Shown here one piece after another: positions 29,406 to 37,488 of a stretch of 64,000 nucleotides of DNA. Location of the stretch: assembly GCA_963778115.1 (NCBI GenBank), contig CAVZSV010000004.1, positions 2,112,001 to 2,176,000 on the forward strand, given 5' to 3'. The DNA is from an uncultured delta proteobacterium (GTDB taxonomy: Bacteria; Bdellovibrionota; FAC87; UBA2466). The translations under genes and the position numbers were made by a program. The notes beneath the pieces were generated by a model. It saw only the letters and a program-made list of their open reading frames with translations, was not told the origin of the DNA and did not search any database. Position 1 is the stretch's first letter; each line of letters begins with the position of its first letter.

Positions 29406-29430
29406 TTCAATTCGCCTTCGGCGAATTGAA
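29406..29430 (+). terminator. Hairpin right after tRNA-Phe (probable terminator or processing stem)
   Basis: Perfect 11-bp stem TTCAATTCGCC-TTC-GGCGAATTGAA; no clear U-tract. Confidence 0.5.
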
Positions 29431-29561
29431 CCTTAAGTATTAATCTTAAGGTTAATACTTAACCTAACCACCCGTCTAAAACTCTCCCTCCCTGTTCGAA
29501 TTCCAGTAGTCTCCTTAGGCACGACCCTCGACGTATTCCCGACGATAACACCTTCAAATTT

Positions 29562-29577
29562 AGGTATTCGCTTTGCA
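29562..29577 (+). promoter_or_regulatory. Candidate sigma-54 promoter for the 29619-32836 gene pair
   Basis: AGGTATTCGCTTTGCA has GG-N10-GC with TTGCA, about 40 nt before ATG 29619 (SD GAGGAG). Confidence 0.4.
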
Positions 29578-29618
29578 CCACTATCCCTAGGGATGTCGAG
29601 AAAGAGAGAGGAGAGGTC

Positions 29619-30545
29619 ATGCGCGTTTCGCGCCGCGGCCCGGTCTTTGTCTGGATCGTCCTTTCCTTGTGTATTTCGGTTTCGGCCGCTGAGAGCAAAT
29701 CCATCCAAGAAACTGAAGTCACAACTAAGGGAGGAAATTCCTATACCCTGAAAAGTCCCTACGCCTACGAAGATCCTCTGACCCCCTACGGATCTTTGTC
29801 GGCTGAAGATCAAAGGCGCTTTCAAGAAAATCGAGAAAAACTCCTAGCTCTCGTCGCAAATAGCTTAGAAAAAGTCATCCCTCCCGAAAAAACCGAAAAG
29901 TCCCTTAAGACCTTTGACGGGATCCTGTGGAATCAGGCGGGACTCATCGCTAAAGCAAATGAGATTGGTGTTAGTGGCGAGGTCGGCGGAGATATAGGTG
30001 CCAAGGTCGGAAAATATGGATTCCATGGTGTCACAGGGATTGGACTCATCGTTGCTTACGACAGGGATAGGCGGGCTCTAGTCATCGAGCTTTATCAAGA
30101 TCTCGATCGAACGAAAGTAGCGATCCCCTTTTATGCTGGTGGGGGCGGTTTCGGGAGTGTTCTGCTCAGTGTGAGCCATTCGAATCCGAACGAGCCTTTG
30201 CGAGTAGAAAAAGGAAGTGGGTTTTCCGCTTACGGTGAAATAGGCCCTTTTAGTTGTGGCGTTGCTGGTTGTGTTACTGATCGCAATTTACGAGTAGGTT
30301 TTAGTACGGGCGTTGGAGCAGGATGGCCTCCAGCCGCTTTACTTACTAACGAAGTCCAGCGTGTCCCCTATGCACGTGTGGCATTTAGCCCAAGCTTTCC
30401 CTACGTCCATCCCAAAGTGCTAGGAGCAGAGCAGGCCAAGCGAGCGGCGACAACCGTGGTGACAAAACCCCTCGAGTTGCTATCGAGTGTTATCCAAAGC
30501 TGCAGCGATGCCCTGGGTTCCTTAAGGAAGCGAGGGGACCTATGA
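29619..30545 (+). CDS. Hypothetical secreted protein, Gly-rich beta-strand core
   Basis: 308 aa; strong SD; Sec signal (MRVSRRGPVFVWIVLSLCISVSAA); ATGA-coupled to the next gene. Confidence 0.7.
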   Translation: MRVSRRGPVFVWIVLSLCISVSAAESKSIQETEVTTKGGNSYTLKSPYAYEDPLTPYGSLSAEDQRRFQENREKLLALVANSLEKVIPPEKTEKSLKTFDGILWNQAGLIAKANEIGVSGEVGGDIGAKVGKYGFHGVTGIGLIVAYDRDRRALVIELYQDLDRTKVAIPFYAGGGGFGSVLLSVSHSNPNEPLRVEKGSGFSAYGEIGPFSCGVAGCVTDRNLRVGFSTGVGAGWPPAALLTNEVQRVPYARVAFSPSFPYVHPKVLGAEQAKRAATTVVTKPLELLSSVIQSCSDALGSLRKRGDL

Positions 30546-32836
30546 CGGCAAGTCGCGCCTCAGTCCTTCTGCTGCTGGAGAGTCTTAGCATGATAGCGTT
30601 GGGTGCAGATTTCGAAGATCTCCCCACCCTTTCGATGCTTAGCACTTCATGTGAAACCGCCTTTGAGGATCTGTCGTTTCAAGGCCGACCTATTACGAAT
30701 CAGCAGATCGCTCATACGTTGGGACTGGCGAGACTGAATCGAGAGGAACGCAATCGCTACCTTTCGCCTTTGACGCCGGAAGAGATTTTTGCGGAGTTGC
30801 AGCAAGCCTTGGCGATCCGCTGGCAATTGGTGGGCGCTGATCTCCATGAACTTCCCCAAAGTGTGATGCCAGATCGAAAGACTTTGGAACTTGCGTTTCC
30901 GCATTTAAAGACAAATCCCGATAGAGAGCTAAGCCCCGCCGTGGAGCAAGGATTTCAAAGAGACGTTCTGGAACAAGGTGTCTCTCGTCTCGCGAAACAA
31001 TTGGCGGGCGACCTAAACGCTAAAGCTTCCGTGTTTGAGAAGCGTGAGCTTTTTAAAAGGATAGTAAACGACCTGGATAGCCATCCCCTCTCCTGGTACC
31101 ACCAAACCCGAGTCGATCAGATTATTGATCAACTGATTGGATTTCAAAACGAGAGAGTGACCCGAGAATTGCGCTCCCGCCGACCGGACGAAAAATCTCA
31201 AGGCGAAAAAAATGCGGAGACCTATGATGAAGCTGCGCCTTCGTTACTGTTAACGCCCTATCACGAATTGAGAACGATCTTTAATCTCCCTTCTTTGGGT
31301 ATTAGGCCCGGATCGAAAGTGGTGGATTTGGGAGCGGGAACGGGACGTCTTGGCGTTTTTCTCGGCCTAATGAAGCCGGATATCGATTTTATCGGATACG
31401 AAATTGTTCCCGGGCGAGTAGCGGAAGGTCAAAGGACCATCAAAGATCTGGGACTCGAAAAACACGTTTCGCTGCTATCTCAGGACCTGAGCGACAAAAA
31501 CTTTAAGCCCGCCGCGGCCGATATCTACTATGCCTTTAATCCCGTAAGCGGAGAAACCTTCGATAAGCTTCTAGAAGACTTGCGGCAGGTAGGACTCAAA
31601 AGCGGAAAGCGCTTCAAGTTGGTTCTCTTCGGTCCCTCTCCCTTTCCCAAAGCAGACGCTCAACCTTGGTTGCAGCGATTGACTTCGGCGGATATTCCCC
31701 AAGATCCTGAACTCGCGGTTTACGAATTTGTTCCAGAAAAGGCCCAGGGAAAGACTCTGGCGGTAGAAGGCTGGCAGAACATTCAGGGCAAGAAACGCTC
31801 TGAGGAGCGCCCTGTCCCTCACTATCCCGCCACCCGGGAAGTCCATGATGATGATTATGGAGTCTTGCACGGAGCCTATGGCTCTCCTCATAATGAACCC
31901 ACGTCCGTGCTTTCAAGCACTTTACCCAGCTTTCTTTCGGGCTGGGGACCGGCTACCGGACTCTCCATATCTGAAAAAGAAGGGGCTCTTCTAGTGACCT
32001 CCGAACCTAGTTTAGATCATTGGACCGAGCCCATGGGAGTCAGCACGGAGAAGACAGCCGACATTGTGGGAAAGATGCTGTTGGAAGGTCGGGCGCCCAA
32101 CGGTAGGCCAATTAAATTTTCTTCCCTCTCTCCTGAAGTAGCTGACAGGCTGCGCGCCAATCCTAATCTGGCGGGCAAAGTGATCGTGGAGGAGGATCCC
32201 GATGCACACGATTACATCTACCCACTCTCTCAATTAGTGGATCTCAATGCCACGAAAAAGCTTAGGGATCGCAGCAGCCAATTGCGAAGATTTGATACGG
32301 AACATCCAGGTATTAGCGCTCTTGAAATTGGAAATGCGTCTCCCGAAGAAGCTGAAGCAGATAGGTTCCTCTCTGATTGGATAAATCAGCGCGCCCAGGC
32401 ACTTTCCGATACTTCGTTATCCGAGAGCTCTCGAGAAAGCCTTGCTAAAGCAGTCAACGAGGGTAAGGCCGCAAAACACCTTTTCGAAGCTTTGCCGGGG
32501 GCTTTGAGGTTTGGATTAAAGGAAAATGGGAAACTCATTGGAGTTGCTGTGGGGGAAATGGCAGCGATGAAGGTGGGCAACCAGATGAAAAACGTTTTTG
32601 TCATCTATGTTCAAAAGACTAACGGTGCCGTAAAAAATGCGATCGTTAAGCTAAATCACAGCTTGGTGTCTTTCATTCAACAGTCTCCAGACAGATTTGG
32701 AGATGTCGTTTACGTCAATATGATGGACGACGCCGGAGAGTCGTCTCTAAGACGAATGAAGAAAGATTACAGTCCCTCCGAAGACTTGGGAAGATCCTTT
32801 CGCGCCTATCCCGCTACCGCTGGGGTTCCCCCGTAA
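30542..32836 (+). CDS. Fusion of a class I SAM methyltransferase (DOT1-like) and a DUF2156/LPG-synthase-C-like GNAT-fold domain
   Basis: Methyltransferase motifs TPYHELR, VVDLGAGTGR, GYEIVPGR, ADIYYAFNP. DUF2156-like motifs EEDPDAHDYIYPLSQLVDL..KKLRDRSSQLRRF, YVQKT, YVNMMDDAGESSLRRMKKDYSP. Confidence 0.65.
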   Translation: MTASRASVLLLLESLSMIALGADFEDLPTLSMLSTSCETAFEDLSFQGRPITNQQIAHTLGLARLNREERNRYLSPLTPEEIFAELQQALAIRWQLVGADLHELPQSVMPDRKTLELAFPHLKTNPDRELSPAVEQGFQRDVLEQGVSRLAKQLAGDLNAKASVFEKRELFKRIVNDLDSHPLSWYHQTRVDQIIDQLIGFQNERVTRELRSRRPDEKSQGEKNAETYDEAAPSLLLTPYHELRTIFNLPSLGIRPGSKVVDLGAGTGRLGVFLGLMKPDIDFIGYEIVPGRVAEGQRTIKDLGLEKHVSLLSQDLSDKNFKPAAADIYYAFNPVSGETFDKLLEDLRQVGLKSGKRFKLVLFGPSPFPKADAQPWLQRLTSADIPQDPELAVYEFVPEKAQGKTLAVEGWQNIQGKKRSEERPVPHYPATREVHDDDYGVLHGAYGSPHNEPTSVLSSTLPSFLSGWGPATGLSISEKEGALLVTSEPSLDHWTEPMGVSTEKTADIVGKMLLEGRAPNGRPIKFSSLSPEVADRLRANPNLAGKVIVEEDPDAHDYIYPLSQLVDLNATKKLRDRSSQLRRFDTEHPGISALEIGNASPEEAEADRFLSDWINQRAQALSDTSLSESSRESLAKAVNEGKAAKHLFEALPGALRFGLKENGKLIGVAVGEMAAMKVGNQMKNVFVIYVQKTNGAVKNAIVKLNHSLVSFIQQSPDRFGDVVYVNMMDDAGESSLRRMKKDYSPSEDLGRSFRAYPATAGVPP

Positions 32837-34241
32837 CTTGCAATGAAACTTTTGCTAAATGCCTTCCAAAGGCTTTCATAATGAAAAGGTGCGCTTTGGC
32901 TTGCGTGAGCGTGTAGAGGAGCCATGGCAATCTGGGTCGAAAATCGAGTACCGCCGAAAGCACAAAACGTCTGCCGGCCAATTCGCGAAACTCCATTCGT
33001 CCCCTGCCTTCTCCTCGTGTCAGCACTCCGCCCCTGATATAAAAAAGCGACCGGTCAGCGGTACTTCTTTCAACGGAATATTCTAAGACCAACCAAGCGA
33101 CAGGCAGCGGCCAAAAGCGAAACGTGCAAACGTTTTCGATTACCGTTACTCGCAAAGGAAGGACAAGTCTGGCTAACCACCGCAAATACTCTTCACCCAC
33201 CCATTTGGCATTTTTCTCGGCAGGAAGGGGAAGTCTCTGGACAGAACGCACGAATCGCGGTGTTTTTCTGAGTTGCCTGGCTCCTACGAAAGCTAAAGGG
33301 CGTGACTTACTTTTTGAATTGCACTGCTCGACCGCAACTCGCAAAGCGTTCTCAAGGGGAACGGGAGTAACTCCTGCCATCTCATTCAGTCTTAAATCGC
33401 GAGCCACCATGGGGTGCTTAAGACTTTGGATGAGCGGATACACCAAAGACGAAGGAGCTTGAGTAATGAGTCGTACCCATAACTTTGAAAGGCCGGGAGT
33501 GAAAAAAGGGAATCGAAAGGTTCGGCAACGGGTTCCCAAAATATGCGACAGTTGCACAATCATCTTACGATAACTCGTGATTTCATTCCCTCCGATGTCG
33601 AACGTTTGGCCGAAAGCCTCTGGTTCGTTAATTACATACCGCAAGAGCTTAATGGCGTCAGTGAGAGCGATGGGTTGGGTAGGTGTGTCAGTCCATTTGG
33701 GACAGATCATGACGGGCAGTCTTTTCACCAAGCGATAGAGCATTTGGAATGAGGAGCCCTCTGTGCCCACAATGATTCCGGCCCGCAGAACGGTTACTGG
33801 AACTTGATGAGATCGCAGAGCCTCTTCCACTTCAAGGCGACTTTGCAAATGGCGCGACAAGGGGCGAGTCGAGGGAATGAGTCCCCCTAAATAGACAATC
33901 TGTTTAACCCCGTTTTTAAGGCAGGCTCTGGCAAAGTTGTCCGCCGCAATGATATCGAAATCCTCGAAGCTTCCTTGGGTCAATCGAGCGGAGGGCATCA
34001 TGGAATGGACAAAATAAAAAGCGACCTCTGCCCCCTTTAAGCCACGTTCCGCTTCGATGAGGGAAAATAGATCGCAAGTGCGCCATTCCTGAACGACATC
34101 CTCTTGAGGTATCGTGGCGCGCTTAGCAAATCGAGAAAGACCAATGAGAGAAAAATCGGGTTTGATCGCTTTAGCGAGGCCGGCGCCGACAAACCCAGAG
34201 GCTCCAGCGATAGCGATCGTTCTAATTGAGGAGGTTGTCAT
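32814..34241 (-). CDS. NAD(P)-binding atypical SDR oxidoreductase (YbjT-like, C-terminal extension)
   Basis: IAGASGFVG, FYFVHSM, IVYLGGL, LSRHLQSRLEVE, LRAGIIVG, TQPIA. Confidence 0.85.
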   Translation of the reverse strand: MTTSSIRTIAIAGASGFVGAGLAKAIKPDFSLIGLSRFAKRATIPQEDVVQEWRTCDLFSLIEAERGLKGAEVAFYFVHSMMPSARLTQGSFEDFDIIAADNFARACLKNGVKQIVYLGGLIPSTRPLSRHLQSRLEVEEALRSHQVPVTVLRAGIIVGTEGSSFQMLYRLVKRLPVMICPKWTDTPTQPIALTDAIKLLRYVINEPEAFGQTFDIGGNEITSYRKMIVQLSHILGTRCRTFRFPFFTPGLSKLWVRLITQAPSSLVYPLIQSLKHPMVARDLRLNEMAGVTPVPLENALRVAVEQCNSKSKSRPLAFVGARQLRKTPRFVRSVQRLPLPAEKNAKWVGEEYLRWLARLVLPLRVTVIENVCTFRFWPLPVAWLVLEYSVERSTADRSLFYIRGGVLTRGEGRGRMEFRELAGRRFVLSAVLDFRPRLPWLLYTLTQAKAHLFIMKAFGRHLAKVSLQVTGEPQR

Positions 34242-34325
34242 AGTCGCAAGCCAACCTAGTCCTTTCTTCCTCAGATGGGAAATCGGAATTAGGCTGGGTC
34301 CGACGAAGACGAATAGTTAGGGTGG

Positions 34326-34694
34326 TTATCCGACTAGTGATCCGCCCATCTGAGTTCCGCCCAATAGATGGAGATGGACGTGATACATCGTCTGGCAGGC
34401 GTGGTCCCCGCTGTTGAAGACAGTTCTAAAACCGGGGCCAGCAATGCCTAACTGGGGCGCTATCTGCTGAACCGCCAAGAATAGGTCCTCAAAGATCGAA
34501 GCGTCTTCTGGTTTTACGTCGAGCACATCAATAATGTGCTTCTTAGGTACGATAAGGACATGAACCGGAGCTTGCGGGCTAATGTCCCGGAACGCAAAGA
34601 CACGTTCATTTTCAAAAACCTTCTCGCTAGGCAGGGTTCCTTGAACAATTTTACAAAAAATACATTCTTTCGACTTCATTCTTTCATTCGCCAT
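34326..34694 (-). CDS. HIT family nucleotide hydrolase (HinT-like)
   Basis: CIFCKIV, AFRDISPQAPVHVLIVPK, HVHLHLLGG. Confidence 0.93.
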   Translation of the reverse strand: MANERMKSKECIFCKIVQGTLPSEKVFENERVFAFRDISPQAPVHVLIVPKKHIIDVLDVKPEDASIFEDLFLAVQQIAPQLGIAGPGFRTVFNSGDHACQTMYHVHLHLLGGTQMGGSLVG

Positions 34695-34777
34695 TCGGAC
34701 AACCTCCAGAGATTTGTAGTTTTACCCCGTTTTCTCGACACTTGCCAAATCCGAAGTGGCAGGGCATTTGATAGAAC

Positions 34778-35341
34778 ATGAGGGTCAACGAACTAAAGGC
34801 GGTTCTGACCCCGCCACTTCCAGAACATATTCCCAAGGGTGATCACAGCGTTTCCTCGGTGCTGATTCCTATTGGATGGAATTCCCAGACCGATCGCGAA
34901 GAGATCCTTTTAACCAAGCGGACCGACTGGGTGGAGACGCATAAGGGTCAGATAAGCTTTCCTGGCGGTTTCTGGGAATCGAGCGATCGCCATTTACTCG
35001 ACACGGCGCTCCGTGAAACAGAAGAGGAAATTGGAACCAAGCCTTCCGATGTTGAGATCTTGGGAGCCTTAGAGCCGGTCCTGACCCGCGGAAATATCTT
35101 GATCCATCCCTGGGTCGCCAAAATAGTTCTCCCCTATCCCTTTGTGGTGAACAGTGCCGAAGTCGCACAGCTTCTGTATCTCCCCATGGAGACGCTGGTC
35201 ACTGAGGGGTTAAAACCGGTGGACGTAAACGTCGGGGAGTATACCGTCGCCAGTATCGGCATTCATGTCGAAGGGGAGCTGGTATGGGGAGCCACCGCGC
35301 GTCTGTTAGAGCAGGTTATTCGTCTTCTTAAGAGTCTTTAA
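34778..35341 (+). CDS. Nudix CoA pyrophosphatase (NudL-like)
   Basis: LLTKR...HKGQISFPGG, TALRETEEEIG, VWGATA. Confidence 0.9.
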   Translation: MRVNELKAVLTPPLPEHIPKGDHSVSSVLIPIGWNSQTDREEILLTKRTDWVETHKGQISFPGGFWESSDRHLLDTALRETEEEIGTKPSDVEILGALEPVLTRGNILIHPWVAKIVLPYPFVVNSAEVAQLLYLPMETLVTEGLKPVDVNVGEYTVASIGIHVEGELVWGATARLLEQVIRLLKSL

Positions 35342-35909
35342 GCCCTTTTCCGACGAAGAAGATTTCCCGACTATGCTTTCTGGTACTTTCCGGACGTACT
35401 ATCCGGACTTGAGTGAAAGACCCGCGCATCTGTTTTTGAAAGTCTTCAAACGAATCCCCCATGAAAAGTTTCACGACAAAATTCCCGCCAGTCTTTAGGA
35501 ATTTTTGCGCCGTCGTCAGGGCAAGGCTACATAGTTCGAAAGAGAGCGCGACATCGCGATCGTGGATACCGCTGGTCTTGGGCGCCATATCACTTAGCAC
35601 GAGGTCTACCTTTTCTCCTCCCAAATGAACGGAAAAATCGATCTCTTCGATCGACTTTTGAAGAAATATCACTCGAGGGTCGACCACATTGAGGGGAGAA
35701 AGATCTACGGCGAGGATGGTGGCATGGGGAGCTTTTTCCAGGCAATATTGAGTCCAGGAGCCCGGTGCCGCGCCTAAATCCAAAATGCGCTTTACGCCTT
35801 TAAAGAGCCGTTCTTTGCGATCAATCTCACTGAGTTTATAGACAGATCTAGCTTCGTAGTCTTCTCGGCGAGCTTTCTTAGTAAAAGGATCATCATTCCA
35901 TTTTCGCAT
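35328..35909 (-). CDS. rlmE: 23S rRNA Um2552 methyltransferase
   Basis: ARSVYKLSEID, LDLGAAPGSW, LSDMAP, FVVKLF, SREIF. Likely start ATG 35909. Confidence 0.93.
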   Translation of the reverse strand: MRKWNDDPFTKKARREDYEARSVYKLSEIDRKERLFKGVKRILDLGAAPGSWTQYCLEKAPHATILAVDLSPLNVVDPRVIFLQKSIEEIDFSVHLGGEKVDLVLSDMAPKTSGIHDRDVALSFELCSLALTTAQKFLKTGGNFVVKLFMGDSFEDFQKQMRGSFTQVRIVRPESTRKHSREIFFVGKGLKDS

Positions 35910-36708
35910 AAGCCCGAATACTCTTACCCGCCATTGAAAGGTGACACAATGCAAAATCATAACGAATGGGATCACTGGGAAAATAGAGCCTTAGTTTTTC
36001 GGTAGCGGCTTCAACTACTTTCCAAGTCGCCTGCTGCGACTTTGTCCATCCCAAACCGTGCAACGTTTTTAGCACATGGGTATCTACCGGCAGCATCAAT
36101 TGGTGGGAACCAAGCCCCTTCCATAAACCGAGATCGATGCCGTCGGGGGGCCGGACCATCCACCGTAGATACATATTGAGCCTTTTACAGGCACTCCCCC
36201 TTTTGGGATCTGAAATGAGATATTTGAGATTGCGAATCCGGCGTTTCAACTTTAGCCCGAGATGAGGGGGAGTGGGCTGAGAAGTGAATCGTTCGACAAA
36301 GCTAGACAACAACTCTTTCATAGGCAGATTTTTCTTCTGCTCTCCCAAAAAAAAGTTCTCTAAGTTTCCATGACTTCGTAACGCGGACTGGGTCCAGTAG
36401 GAAAGGATCTCAATATCATCGCCAGTGGTAAATCGATGGCGAAAACCAGAAAAAGAAAAGTCCTTACCGTTTAAAAGCGATTGATAAGGTGACTCTTCAA
36501 AAACTTTCAAAACTTTCCCTACGCTTGAAAGAATGGTGGCGACATTCCCATAAGATAAAAGTGCCGCAAAAAAAGCAGCACATTCCTGATCCCTAATATC
36601 GGGGTACCGATGCACTAACGAAACGGGATCTTTCTCACGATGAAAATGGCAATGGTAGTCGCGATAGGCCAATTCTAAAACTCGCTTGATTTCCGGTTTT
36701 GCCGCCAT
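35893..36708 (-). CDS. TIGR02757/DUF2400 family protein (HhH-glycosylase-like)
   Basis: DPVSLVHRY, LSYG, SACKRLNMYLRWMVR, DLGLW, PVDTHV, DPIRYDFAL. Confidence 0.88.
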   Translation of the reverse strand: MAAKPEIKRVLELAYRDYHCHFHREKDPVSLVHRYPDIRDQECAAFFAALLSYGNVATILSSVGKVLKVFEESPYQSLLNGKDFSFSGFRHRFTTGDDIEILSYWTQSALRSHGNLENFFLGEQKKNLPMKELLSSFVERFTSQPTPPHLGLKLKRRIRNLKYLISDPKRGSACKRLNMYLRWMVRPPDGIDLGLWKGLGSHQLMLPVDTHVLKTLHGLGWTKSQQATWKVVEAATEKLRLYFPSDPIRYDFALCHLSMAGKSIRAYAKME

Positions 36709-36746
36709 GGCGAGAACAAACTACCACAAAGACAACCAAAAAAGAT

Positions 36747-36857
36747 CTAGACCTAGGTAATCAAGCTAAAGCCGGTGGCTAGAGCGAGAGCTAGTCGATA
36801 TTACTATAGCTAGCTTTAGCCACTCGCTTTAGCTCTATGATCTAGTTCTAATTCTAG
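36747..36857. repeat. CTAG-rich long imperfect inverted repeat
   Basis: AGCTAAAGC-CG-GTGGCTAGAGC ... GCTTTAGCCAC-TC-GCTTTAGCT (36764-36834); seven CTAG tetramers in 111 bp. Confidence 0.7.
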
Positions 36858-36865
36858 TGCTATTC

Positions 36866-37411
36866 CTACTTTTTCCCAAAAACGGGGCGGGCCATCTCCA
36901 CCGTGGCATTAGGAGGATTATCGAAAGTTCTTTTCTTTTTCAGCTTAAACCGCGGACAGGTGGTCAACTCAAACGTAAATTTCATCTGGGCTTCAAGCTG
37001 CCTTGCGGTCTTTAGGATCTGCTTTTGTGCCCCCAAAGCTAGCGAGGAAGGGGGATGGTCGCCCATCTTCTCCTCTTCTTCCTTAAGCAGTTTTCTCTCT
37101 CGGTGGCCCATTTGTTTCATGACGGCATTCCTAAGCTCCTCGGGTGCCCCGATAAGAGCGTAGGCCAGTACCTTTGAAGTGGTCTTGGCGAAAATTTCGG
37201 CCTGAATGGCTTCATCAAGATAGATTAACTCTTCGAAGAAGACTACTTTGCGCATGACTTTGAAAACGAATTCAGAATCCTGTTGCTCCGCCTGTTCGAT
37301 AATTTTTGCACGGTTGGCGGGATCGGCCTGCTCGATTAGCATGGCGAAATCGATGAGTCCTTGCATACTGCGTTTGAATCGATTTAGATCAAGCTTTTTG
37401 ATGAATTCCAT
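36866..37411 (-). CDS. Stand-alone FliG C-terminal-domain-like protein
   Basis: VFFEELIYLD...LAYALIGAPEELRNAVMKQMGHRERKLLKEE...AQKQILKTARQL resembles FliG_C; no flagellar genes nearby. Confidence 0.7.
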   Translation of the reverse strand: MEFIKKLDLNRFKRSMQGLIDFAMLIEQADPANRAKIIEQAEQQDSEFVFKVMRKVVFFEELIYLDEAIQAEIFAKTTSKVLAYALIGAPEELRNAVMKQMGHRERKLLKEEEEKMGDHPPSSLALGAQKQILKTARQLEAQMKFTFELTTCPRFKLKKKRTFDNPPNATVEMARPVFGKK

Positions 37412-37488
37412 TTTCTTATTGTATGCCTATCGACGACAAAAGTTAACTTGTTAAGGCATTAGCTGACCGTTGCCACGGAGAACCACCA

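Noticed and set aside
29332..34320. Integrative element at tRNA-Phe (or at tRNA-Ile2)
   Set aside because: No integrase and no duplicated tRNA 3' end seen in the window.
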